From NCBI GenBank assembly GCA_002633005.1, contig NMRA01000382.1, positions 384,899 through 434,255 on the forward strand: a DNA stretch of 49,357 nt, written 5' to 3'. Shown one piece after another: positions 24,966-37,406 of this stretch; the stretch's first letter is position 1, and each line of letters starts with the position of its first letter. The DNA is from Phoronis australis. Its lineage: Eukaryota; Animalia; Phoronida. The translations under genes were made by a program, and so were the position numbers. Below the pieces are notes generated by a model that saw only the letters and a list, made by a program, of their open reading frames with translations, was not told the origin of the DNA and did not search any database.

Positions 24966-25627
24966 GTAAGCTGTATAGTTAACATTGTTACTATTGTATA
25001 ACATTGCCATTTTATTACAACCCCCAATGTGATATGGTAAAGGCCTACTCGTACATTTGTTGCTTGTTCTTTGCATGACTGAAGGCGATGGAATCGGCAA
25101 GTTATCAAATCGGTAGTTAACTCAGCCATGCGCTATCGATCGATGATCACTCATTTTACAGGTGTTAGCCAGAACATTTTGATTGTACAAAATTCAAAGC
25201 CCGATATTGGAAGGAAAATTGTTCTATACATTGAGTTAAGTGGCGAAAAAATCAATGTTACTGACCGTAAAAGCAAACTTTCTGTCGACATTTCTCCCTA
25301 CAATCGACGACTTGCCTGTGGCGAAACTACGGCTGTTTACAACGGAGGAAGTTTGCTGCAACTCGGCTGTGCCCAGTATGGTTCTGTTACGCAATCGGCG
25401 TACTATGACTTGTTCCAAAGCGTGGAAAATTCGTCGAAGACGCAAATCCGGCCATCGAGCGAGTGCGTTTCAAAGCCTAACAACTGATCATTATCCGTGT
25501 GAAGACAACTTGGTTGGCCAAAAGAAAGGGTGGAATGCAACGGAGGCCACTCCCATTGACGAGCCTTTACGGTTGCGTGACAAACAAAATTTTGAATATG
25601 GAAAGGCTTTTATTTTTTGTTACGACT

Positions 25628-25898
25628 CAGTGGCGGATTTAGGGGGGGCAAGGGGGCCATGGCCAACCTAAAATTCTAGAAGAAACCATTTGACTAGCAC
25701 ATCCAGGGGTCTCGGGTGAATAAACAATGCATAGGCCCTGAACAAACCCCGTTTATGTTTTTTTTAATCAAAAGGTACGCAAACCCAAAAATTCGACGCC
25801 CCTGCATCCCTACATTTTAGGGTGGGCGCGCATCTGCCGAAATTCTGGTTGTTCTTGTGCCCTGGCCCCCCTAACTCAAAATCCTGGATCTGCCCCTG
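25628..25898 (-). mobile_element. hAT-like MITE, same family as 22177-22337, inverted
   Basis: Termini CAGTGGCGGAT ... ATCTGCCCCTG with an exact 5-bp TSD CGACT. Confidence 0.8.
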
Positions 25899-28165
25899 CG
25901 ACTATTCGGAAATTAATACAATCCAGGTCAAATCCTTGCCCTACAGGTCTAAAGCAAGTCGAGGTAGATCCGGTCGTTGATAAGTGGGAAAAAATACATG
26001 TAGCCGACTTGCGTACTCATTCCTAGCAGACAGGCTATCGACCGCACTACCAACATCATGTAGAACCAACTTCAACGAATGCTCCTGAACAAACCGTTCC
26101 AAAAACAACTGATATAGTGTTTGATTTTCGAAAGTTTGACTGTAATAATGAAAAGTTGTTTTACTACATGCATGGCAAGAATTTAAAGAGAAAGCCTTAG
26201 AGTGTGATCATGATCCTTGTCAGTTTACCGACCCAAGTGGTGACCGAGGTATCGACTGTAAGCAGACTCTGTTGCTTGTCATTTAGACAGCCGATCGCCT
26301 ACATGTACTTGTAGCGGATCTGACACAAAAAATTCGGGACGTGCTCTGAAGTTCAATGGTCTGCAGGAGTTTTGATTTTGGTGGCGAAAATTGTGAAGTT
26401 TATTTAACTTACAATAGGTTGTAATATATCTCCATTATTCACACTTTGAAATTCCGTATACTGGCAACTGAGGCACTTGCAACGGATTGTTCCACAAAAT
26501 CCTCGACCCCTACACCCACCACCCTCTTGACCCACAACCCCCTCGATCCACGAGGTGTAACAATGAAAGTATCTTTGCCCTTTTTACATTTCATAATCAT
26601 ATTTCGTCGCTGAATGACCTTCCCATAAGACTCAAGTCTAGTAATTAAAACTGAAAGTGTAGAAAGAACATGATCTGAAAAAGCGAATTGTGAACGTACT
26701 GTCGTTGTCACGGAAAGTCCCACGAACGGCTACCAATATCCCTGTTCAAGTAAACTTAGGGAGAGAATAAGTTAACGTGACTGGACAAAATTTCACTTCT
26801 GATTACATGTATTTGCTTTATGTTGTATTTTCGTTTACAATATACTCCATGTCAGGTTGAGATTCTAGTTTAGTTAACAGTTTGTTGTTCAAATTGTCCT
26901 TTACTGAAGAAATTGCATATTCGTTGGTTCCTCGCACTCTCCCAAAAAACTTGAAGTTTTAGTTCAATGAAGAGCAGACGAGACGATTACACATTGCTGG
27001 ATACTACATTTGTAATGTTAATGCTTGTAAGTTTTTATTTGATTTGGTCACGTGTTTTTTTTTTCTTTTTTGGTTTCCAAACTTGTCGAATCGATTCTCT
27101 TAATCGCAGAAAAAAACTAGTGGGAAAATCCAGTCGAACTCATGGCCGAACTTGTTGTCCACATTGCCAGGGCTTGTTGTATGTTCAGATCGAGTCGAGC
27201 CTACGTAGACTGGGTCGAGCTATTCGGTCGTGGGTCATGCGAACACCAGGGGGTGGACTCAGGGGCTCCCCATTTGGCGAATTGGGCAAAAAGGTCCGCT
27301 CAGAGAAACATAAAGTCCGCGAAAACGAGACCAAAGTACATTAAAAAGATATGAATTCGGCGAATGCATAATTCATAGATCTGCACGTACCCTGTTTTTT
27401 TTAGTAAAAGGTCCACGTTCTCAAAATGTTTACGAATAAGACGCAGGGGACGGACCAAAGAAAGAATACTTGGGGAATATGTGTTGTGCGGATAAATCTG
27501 TAGTGGAGAAATCTGGTTCAAAAATGATGTACGTTCAGAGCTATGAATTGTGCATTATCCAATATGTGGGTCCGTTCGAGCCACCCTCCCCCCATCCCTG
27601 GGCGCGCACATGCTGCTACGAAGCCGATGAACTCCGGACGCGTTTTGCTAAAACTTCAAACTTGTTGAAATTTTACAGATCGCTTATAGACAGCTAAGGC
27701 TGCCGTAAGTTTTGGCGTCTTTAAGTAACGAATTTTCAACGAAACAAGAACCAGGAAACCGACATGAAATTCCTGAAGGCAAGGTACCACCTGATTATGG
27801 CCTTTATTTGGAAAATTTCTGAATCAAGTACGATCCCACTTGCCTTCGGAGGCAGAATTGTAGTTCGTAGTTTCATAGTTCTAGGGCGTTCGAGAGACAA
27901 CGCGTGATTTTACACTAGATACATGTGCACTTGATCGAAAGTGAAATGAAATTTCCGAATACAAAAGTAACCGATGAAGAAATGCAGTCAAAGGTACCTA
28001 GACATGTAGTGGGAGTGTCCATCAGGAGTCCCATGTAAGAAAGCATGGCGTTTCACCGTTCAGTTGTAGCAACTGTCAGAAAGTGTTTCTGCAATGCTAA
28101 TTTTGTGGTTGTAAAGAATCGCTCTAAATTCATCTACATGTACACATGTTCGTGCTTGATTGCAG

Positions 28166-28486
28166 ATGCAACTGTAATTTAAAAGCAAAGACTGTAACTG
28201 GTGACATTGTGAAGGTACCAATTACTCTTTTCCAATCTGCGAGAAACAAGTACTACAATTGCCAAGCTCAGGAAGAGGAATGTCGGAAAGATTGTAGGAT
28301 CGTTATTGGAAAGGCACTCAGTGCTGATAAAGGGCCATTTACTGTATTTGACAACCACTCTGGAGATACGGTTTGCCAAAATATTGACCAAAATATGCTT
28401 TTTAACGAAACAGGAATTCCATTATACTCAGAATATCAATTCGGAGCCATCGATGGCCTGGACTATCTGGGAAGTGTATGTTGCAG
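28166..28486 (+). CDS. Domain exon D6 (CxC type, 8 Cys; paralogue of D4)
   Basis: ttgattgcAG acceptor, GTAAGA donor, 321 nt, phase 2-2. CNCNLKA...YNCQAQEEECRKDC...TVC...VCC(R). Confidence 0.9.
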
Positions 28487-30897
28487 GTAAGATCTCAATG
28501 CAAGACGTGTGATTTGTCCAAATGATCGTTACACAAGGCATCCTGGTGATTGAAACCGGAGGGATGTAATGTGATTGTACTTCCAGTTCCGCAAGCAAAA
28601 CATGTCTCAAATCATCGTCCACACAAATCGTTTTCCTACCGTTTTGAAAAAATAATAAAAAGTGAGCACAGACACATACCTGTACTGCATGTCCAAATGG
28701 TTGCCGGCATCTAATTACTATACCTTGTCAAACGTGTGCTCGTTTTACTTGTCTAGACACGGCTCAGGAGTGCTTAGAACGCGTTTAGAAAGTAGGACTT
28801 TCTATCACCTGAGATCCCAATTATTCTGTTTTGAAGGGGCAAACTGAAACAACAGACCTGCTGGACCTTATTTAAAATATCCGTTTCTGTCTAATGGCTA
28901 TTGCTTCTATCAGAAAATATAAGATTCGCCACGTACATGTACATTAGCAGCCTGCTACATTCGATCAGAAAAGAACTCGATCTAATTAATACGCCGGTGT
29001 TCACATAAGAGAAAAAGTCATTTTTATGCAAAATTCCTTCTGAACTTGGGAGTTTCATTGCGTACTTTTGCAAGATGGATAGTCAAGCCACGTTAATTTC
29101 AATTTCGTTACAGCTGTAGCTTAATTGCTTTGTTGGATAAGTTGTTAAGATACAATAATTTGAAATAACGGATACCCGGTAATTTATTATCATCACCACT
29201 GTACTCAACACTACGCCCAGGTGCAGGCACATGTGATTTAAGATTGATCCTAATTTAGAATTCTTTACATATAATCAACTGTCAAACCAGAATTTTATTA
29301 GAAAATCAATATCATTTATTTTTACTTAACACTCACCAATCAAAGGTTCCATTATTATACCTGACATCGCATAAAACTAAATGAGATATCCTAGCAGTTA
29401 TCTCTGGTAAACATCCACCAAAACTAAATCTACTATTGAGTTCCTCCTCATACTTTTAATTAAAAATAACTATCACTACCCTTTTTATATTCCTTTTGTG
29501 GAAAAATGTCGAAAACCTAAATTCGTCACTCGTTTAATATAAACATTAAAACCGACCAGTTATTTTTAATTTGAATGTGTTTTTATATTTTGACGTGCAG
29601 CTGTAGGTGGCGATGTGATTTTAGCGCTAGTTTAGCCTATTTCGCTCGTGTAACCGGGTCCTGAAGTTATTGAAAACTATTCCCTGATGCTTCAGCTGTG
29701 CGCTTATGTTCAATTGTTTGTGAGTGGGGGAAATCCTGTTGGTCTTTTGTTGGTCATTGAACACAAAGGCCAATCCCGTAAGAAAATTAAATGCCTAAAC
29801 ATTCAATCAGTAAATTTTCCCTGAGTTTTTGAAATTGGTGAAACTTTTATTTTGATCAGTCTTATTTGACTTTAAAATTCGAGATGATTTCACAGTTTTG
29901 TATCGGTCTAGTTTTAATTGACATAATGAACTTCAGCAAAAATAGATGGCCATATGAGTTTCGACCACGATTTTTCTGGGGACATCGATAAAATTCTCGA
30001 AGATTACAGTTAGATATTGCATGGTTGACTCGCGGATTTGTAAAAATTTTGTAGCCAAATAAATGATCGTGATTCTTGCCTATGTATTAAAGTGAAAGTT
30101 CAATTTAACTTCAATTCAAGGTGTATCATTCTCCAAACTCAGGCTAAGAAACTATAAATTGGACTCTAGCACAAAACTGATCCTACATTCCCGTTCATTG
30201 AACAAATAATAGTCTTTGTTTCAATTTATGAGCACAAAAATATCCCTTAGGTAAAAATGAGTACAAAAGTAATTTTAATTTAAAAATTGGTTTTAATCGT
30301 GCAATCCGGAATTTGATTTAGAATACTTCATAATGTAAAGGGGTCTTGTCATTACTTACAGAAGAAAAGATTTTTGTTTTTTCTTTAAGTTATTCCTCGA
30401 GACAGTGCTCGGCGAATATAATGACACCACGTGACATCAGTCAAATTGTAGAGCCTGGTCTCAGGGAATAGCGAACTGTCAATGCTTAGGGAACCCACAG
30501 TCAACTATTGTGACTAACAATACTTTGAGACCAATGTCAAAATCATCAGTTGTTTGTTTTTGTGGGACAAATCTTGTTTATAAACGCTTTAAGCACCTGT
30601 CACGTAGAGTTAAAAATGCCGGTTACTATTAGAATGAGTGTTCATACATGTAGCTGGGGCCGATATATTATAGAAAATAAAGAAGTTTCCTATTGGCAAC
30701 CTGTTGCGTTTGACAACCACCAATGTAGCACCGACATGTGGCCACTTGACACGAAGATTTCTGCCAGCACACCGACGAAGTGTCCAGGTGGGGCTCAAAA
30801 GCTAGGTCCTTCAATACAACCAGGTGGCCAATAAGTAAGCTACTTTAATCCCTCTCTGTGTGCTTGTTCCAACTGAACAGTATGTCCTTTTTACCAG

Positions 30898-31230
30898 GAA
30901 GTGTCAAGCGTGCGTTTTACGATACCTTGAGAATGACAACGCTCAAGTGAAAAAAGAATTTGTTTTGGATGGTCCTCACAACGTCACGTCGTACCATTGT
31001 TCTCGACGAATAACCACTACTTGTGAGCAATCTTGCAACGCCACTCTGTTGTCTCCTAGCAACCATGAGTACTTTGGTAACACATTCGTTAACGCGGTTT
31101 CTGCTCAAAGAGTCTGCAGAAAGGTTGGACGATCGATACCCAGCCCTGGGTTACGTGTTGAAGTAAATTACGATGTGGGGGACAACAAGTATCACTATTT
31201 CCAGGTGCCTGGTGGGAATGTATGCTGTGG
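30898..31230 (+). CDS. Domain exon D7 (CxxC type, 8 Cys; paralogue of D5)
   Basis: ctttttaccAG acceptor, GTAAGT donor, 333 nt, phase 2-2. KCQAC...YHC...TCEQSC...RVC...VCC(G). Confidence 0.9.
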
Positions 31231-31827
31231 GTAAGTATACAGTGTACCTACAAAAATAGTAGGCAAACGTGCCATCACCAGAGCATGAATCGTCAAATAG
31301 TTGAAGTCTTTTATAGGTCGAATCTCAATGTTTTTTAAACGACTTGAACGATTCAGCTGGATTTTTGTGCAGCGTTTCTAGGCTTCAATTCTTTCTGTTA
31401 CCAACTGCAGTTAGGTTGTTACTACATGTAAATTATATATCTCATTGCCCGCATTTCGTTTCACATGTACTTTTGTCTCTTCAACAGTTATTTTGTCGGT
31501 CTTATTCTTTGATTTTTGGTTGACTTACTGCATTCTTAGAAGGATATACTAAAATGTAGAGAGAGTAAAATTATAAAGTTCGGGAGAAATTAAATGTTAA
31601 AATTCAGCAGCAATCGTTTTAAAAACCTAAAAAGACTTGGATTTGCAAATGACTTTCTTTGGAGAACGAAGTTTTGGTCGCAACTACAAAATGAGAGCTT
31701 TTTTGGGCATGAAATTTACTTTGGTGTCACAGTGCTCTGTGGGAATCCTGATGCTTGGAAATGGTCGTCTGGCAGGTTCGCTTTGATGGGTGTGGTCAGG
31801 GGAGCCAAGAGAATGACACTCAAAAAT

Positions 31828-32772
31828 TGAGCTAGATCAACTTTTCTCGAAACCACTTCAAACTGCCTTGGATACCTACTGCGAAATTCACTGTATCAAA
31901 ATTGGTCACTGCCAGACAACTGAAGTGGTGGGAATTATCAGCCAGACGGTTTTAAAAAAGGTAAAAAAATGAGCTATATCAATTCAGGAGGTAACCGCAT
32001 GAAACCAGTTGCGAAATATTCACCGAGAGCCCAGGTATCACGAATGAACACTGCCAGACAAATCTAGTGGTGGGTTAGCCCCGCCAGACACGCCAGATAC
32101 CCGAGTTAACCCACCAGGTATCCGTTTGAAACCCATTGCACGATGTTCAGCATCACTCTACATTGCACAAATGTTAGATGCCAGATAAATTCAATAGTGG
32201 AGGCCCCTGCCGGGCGATTATAAAAAAGGGTTAGAAATTGAGCTAGGTTAACCCAAGAGTTAACCGCATGAATCCAGTTGTAAAATATTCGCTGGGAGTT
32301 CAGGTATCAAGAACAATTACTGCCAGACAGATCTAGTGGTGGGTCATCCTCGCCAGACACGCCCAAGTACACTATACCTGAGTTGAGCTAGATCTACCCA
32401 ACATGTAACCATTTGAAACCAATTGCCCAATGTTCAGCATCACTGCACATGGCACAAGAGTAAGATGCAAGACAATTTCAGTGGTGGGTTTTCCCTGCCC
32501 GACGACTATAGAAAGAGCTAAAATTTGAAGTAAATCAACCCAAGAGGTAACCGCATCACACCAGTTGCAAAATATTCTCTGGAAGCCCAAGTATCATTAA
32601 TAAACATTGCGAGACAAGTCTAGAGGTGGATTAGCCCTGCCACTCACGATCAAATATCTGAGTTGGGCCAGATTTACCCGCCAGGTAACTGTTTGAAACC
32701 TTTTTACATAATGTCGAGCAACATTCTGCGTGCAACAAAACGTACTTTACAGACATTTCCAGTGGTGGGGCA
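31828..32772. repeat. Degenerate tandem repeat, ~270-290 bp period made of two ~140-bp subunits
   Basis: gtaaccgcat-like anchors at 31991, 32260 and 32547. tgccagaca...agtggtggg recurs at about half that period. Confidence 0.8.
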
Positions 32773-33702
32773 GTAGCATCCACAGATTTGGTCGATGCAG
32801 TGGCGACTTTTTGTTGGACTCCCCTATCGCATTTCTCAAACGCATATATCCTATTCAGGCCCGTTGCCAACATTCAAAAAGGTTGAAAACACCTCTGCGT
32901 CACCTGATATGCGTTCGTATGGTCGTGTTAGATTACATGGAAACTATCAAAGCTGTAATGTAGATAAAACATTCTTTTCGTGTTGCGACCTACTTATTCG
33001 CATTCAAAGGGAATAACAAGTCGTTATAGTTTTAGTTAGATTGAGAATCATTTCATTTGCAAATATCCCGGCAATGGAACTGTTCGCTTTTTGCCTTCAT
33101 AGTGAATATAAAACACATTCAAATTATTCATAGATTTTGTATATCGTGCTCAGTCATCGTGGCGACGGCCCCGGGCATCCACATTGGAGGATGGGGTATC
33201 CAACCACACTTTTTTGAAAATAGTGACGGATTTCAGTTGAACTTAATAAATATTGTATAGTTTATGTTTCACCTTTTTACTTTTGTCATTAATAGTACTG
33301 CCCCGTAGCGAAAGGGGGCGGGGTTCTGGGGGTTCGATCAAACTTTTCCCCGCCCCGGCCTATTGGTTAAAGATAGGATATAAATGGACAACAAGAACTT
33401 CATCTACTGGTGCTACTAACTACAATAATAACTAAGTTAGTAATAATTTTGAATTTGCTTCTGATTAAAAGCGCTTCACGTGGCATCGGGCCTTACTCGG
33501 CTAACTTCGCCCGAGTGCCGCTGTTTGTGTAGATGACAGTATCGTGCATATGATAAGAGGAGGCTTTATGTTATTCATAAACCACGCGCGTGGTAGCTAC
33601 ACCAAAGTGAAACAAGGGAGTGTCTAGCCCTACGGCCTAAATAAGGTACATGTATATAGCGAAGAGAGAGTTCCCCAAAAGAGTGCTGTGTGAATGCCTT
33701 AA

Positions 33703-35378
33703 AGGAGCAGGCCACCCAAAAAACAACCGAATTTGTATCAATTTAGATCGAGTAGCTCTACTCCATAACGACACGTACGGTTGCGTTACCTGACACCTGA
33801 CGGCAGACGGAGGTGTTGAAATTATCCAATGACGTCATAGGTTTCACACGCAGTCTGTTCAGCAGTTCACAACACGGGTTACTGGTGTCAGCTTATCGCT
33901 TGAAGTCATCGTTTAACACCAATAAATCATCAAACTTCGATGCAAAACCCTTAAAAATACACCGAGTTCTTATAAAAACGTGTTGTTTTATTTCGCTCTT
34001 ACGGATTTGTTCGTATTTGGACACACCGTAGCCTACAAAGTTCGGCAGGCCAATAAGGTCCGTAGCAGGAGTTTGGGGTCTGTTCGGAGATAATTTCGAA
34101 GTATTTTTCGTGAGATACAGACAGGAGAACCTAGATCTATGTTGTTTAGACTAATGATATTTTGAGTTCTAAACACAAAACGCTTGTCATCCTGGCTAGT
34201 GGCTCGGAGCCCGATCAAGCCCGTCGCGGCCGGCCGGATTGACTTCATCATTGTTATCCCGGCCAGTGGCTCGGAAACTGATCAGACATTACGAGCATAA
34301 ACCAGCCAAAGTTCAGTGGAAACTAAACTTCGAGTCAAGAAAATATTATACTAGTGAGCCAAAGTAATGTGCACTTGATTATGTTAGTGAATTAGCCACG
34401 AAACTGCAAATCTACTTACTCTTCGGGGGCCGCGAATTCACTCGGGTTCCGCTTTGGCCACAGCACCGTCTGGGCAGAAGTTGTACATTGACAATCATTA
34501 TTTGAGTAATGTAAACGTAAATAAAGATTCCCCTAACACCTAGCCGTGGGATGGAAATCGAGTTGTTTCACAACAATTTCTACCAGCAAACACTAAATTA
34601 GCATGAGCTCACACGGCCGCGGTGTCCCGTCAATTCGTTTTATTGCACCTAAAGCCGGTAATGCAGTGATTTATTTATTGCTGGCTTTTCAAATCATTTG
34701 CACTCACAAACACTCCAAAGGCATTACAAACTGCATCTAATGAGACAGACTTTGTTTCAATTGGTTAGGGTGAGAAGGCATTTTGAAACCAACGCTTAGT
34801 ACTAAACGCCAACATGGCAACTCGCAATCCCGACTTAGGACGAGCTAGAGCTCATCAGTCACGACTTCGCAGCTGGACCGTTAAGTTTTACAGGCTATCA
34901 ATTCGAACAGGAATACAGTGATGAAGAAATACTAGAGAGGCACCGTGAACAAGCTCAGACAACGGAACATGGAGTTATTTGGTAAGCCGGCATTCGTCAC
35001 TGAGGCACTGTCGACGTTTGCATGCCACAGACACGGAGATGTTTCACGGCCTCATACTTGCTATTTACAGCGTACATTTCATTCTTCACTACCATGAGCC
35101 ACTCCTTAAGCATTTCGGACTCTCGAGGAAGTAAAAAAAAACGATATACCCGCTTTCCTCGCAGCTGCCTAGTTCGGACAAGCGGGAACGATGCACCGCA
35201 ACATAGCGGCATTCACTCTGCATATGAACCACTGACGTCGCTAGCGTCGTTTCTCACCTTCCTCACAGGTTAACGCGACACCTCTTGGCAAGGTAAGTTC
35301 GACCGTATGCGAGGCGATGTGGATATAGACCGATTAAGACGGCAAAAAAGACTAAGTTAAATCGGGTGGCATTCGCCT
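33703..35378 (-). mobile_element. Non-autonomous Kolobok-type element, family 1 copy B (inverted relative to copy A)
   Basis: TTAA at 33699-33702 and 35379-35382. Termini AGGAGCAGGCCACCC and (reverse-complemented) AGGCGAATGCCACCC. Collinear with 8551-10237. Confidence 0.85.
34997..35212 (-). pseudogene. Decayed THAP domain inside Kolobok copy B
   Basis: ...FFLLPRESEMLKEWLMVVKNEMYAVNSKYEAVKHLRVCG aligns with FPMDDTLRRSWLVRVKNAALPVHATYKAVENYRVCG of the 15390-16397 ORF. Confidence 0.7.
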
Positions 35379-35570
35379 TTAAACTCAGCCAAGAAACAAA
35401 ACAGCAGATTCTGCTATTTTGGTTTAATTGCTAGCATAGTACGGTAGAAGTGCAGGCAGTTTCAAATTTTGAATCGAAAGTTATCGTCAAATGCAAATAT
35501 GTTGTTCATCCAGTGTCCACTTTGATTGTAAATAGTCCTTTTGCGAGTATATTACAATAACGCGAGACTA

Positions 35571-36565
35571 TGTGACGTCACCGGATGTGGGGCAAAAGCT
35601 TGTCGTTTGCCATTTGCCCGATACGGTAGCAGAGTGTATTCTGCTGTTTACTTCGAGTTTTTATCTTTTAGTGTGAAAAATGCCACTACACTATGTTCCA
35701 TCGCGTTCTGTACTAATTTCGTCCGCGTGTATTTCAAACGGGTGGTAGGCGAAATCCGCACACTGATTAAGTTTTCACCTCGTCAAAAATACATTCTACA
35801 CACCTAAAATTATCACCTAAAAAGTCCCTTACTTTCTTCAGTGATCCTTTTTGCTTCCGAACATATCTTCGATGAAGCATAGCTAGGGGAATGCAGGTGA
35901 CTTTGGTGAAGAATTCCAACTCCACTTTTGGTTAGGGCGCGATATCCACAAAGTATTTCAACTGAGTCAAGAGAGTATGAGGCAAAGGCAAGCGCGAGAC
36001 CGAGCGAAGCGCGGGACCTGGCGCGTTACACTTGTACATTAGCCTCGGAAAACATCAAGTGAACTTTTTAAGATTCTTGTCCCTTGGACTTTTAGTTCGA
36101 CAACAGGCGAGATTTCGCGTAATTTCCTCAAAATGGCGTCCGTTGAGAGAAACTCGAGCGAACTGCGAGGTTTTCATGGATATGTTCAAGTTATTTGCGG
36201 ACTAAATTGTATCAAGAGTCAGGGTATGTGCTAATTATAATTCCATGTGCACATATGCATGTTTCAATTGATTTTATTTGCTGTATTTTAAAATGAGTAA
36301 CTTTGTATGGGATATACTATCGAGCCTGTATGCCTGCGTCATTCAAGCCTAGACCGGGTCGTTCAGTCCGTTCACAACTTCGCACAGCATAATAAGTTCA
36401 CATTTTCTTCGTCCATTCACAGTTTTTCAACGATCCATCTACCATCCCTTAAATCGTGTTAACGTTTTAAGCTTAAAATTCACCATAAGAACTCCGGTAA
36501 GATTTCGCGTGTGTAGCAAAGACTGGGCAAAACAAAAACAATATGGCGGNTCCGGTGACGTCACA
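35571..36565. mobile_element. Non-autonomous TIR element (element X)
   Basis: Inverted 15-mer TGTGACGTCACCGGA (35571) / TCCGGTGACGTCACA (36551-36565). The interior ~35683-36330 is repeated inverted at ~38012-38643. The exact ends and TSD are not resolved. Confidence 0.65.
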
Positions 36566-37406
36566 TTGACTAACTGGAAACGGGCAAGTGAGCTATTGGT
36601 GGATTGACATCCATGCGTGTACACGTGTAAGCGTTTCCGTTCACCTTACGCTTACGGGCAGTTCGCTGTAGGCAGTCCTCCGTCGTGCTCAAAAACCAGA
36701 CCTTCAACTACCGTGTTTTCTTGCACTGAGAATACCCCGTCGAGCATTTTTGCGTTATGATGGAAAAGTAGGTCTAGACCTCAAATTTGGTCAATGAAAA
36801 TCTTCTCTAGGCAATCAATGTCAATGGTGCACAAACCTGCAGACTTCATACGAGCTACGAACTTGATGGAAAAAGATATCCAAATTTCCATGTCACTATG
36901 ACGAAAGTTCAACACTCCGAAGGTCCAGTAGGCCTACTCCGAATGTCCATTACTCCGAATGTTCGTTACATTCGAAAATTCACTACTTTGATTTTCCACT
37001 ATTCCAAAACCAGGGCCCGGTCTCTAATCTTTGTACTCGAAATTATTTTTGGCAATTTCTCTGCCCCTTTTGTGCGAACTCAAGATTAGTGGTTATCAGA
37101 CCGTGCTCGAATAATTATAGTTTATGCATACATGTACATGAGTTTCTAGTCAAGTTTAGACTTAAAGACCCTTACATTCGTTAAACAAACTCGAGTAAAA
37201 ACTCGAAATTTCGAGTTCAAATTTAAACTTTTAGCTTTAATGCTGCATTTATCAAATGCAAACTAGGATTAATAAATCCACGTAAGCCATTATATACTTG
37301 AGCATGAAATAAATATAGGTTATACAACGTACGTGTTTGTACCAGTGGTTATTATATCTCGATTCGTGATATGCAAAAGTATTTGAACGAGAGCGAATTA
37401 TCCTAT

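Noticed and set aside
27236-27612. CATG-ended MITE
   Set aside because: The inverted ends are very degenerate and no TSD was found.
31900-32770. Leucine-rich-repeat coding (LDLSG on the minus strand)
   Set aside because: Frequent stops and unit lengths that do not keep frame. The motif is incidental to a non-coding tandem repeat.
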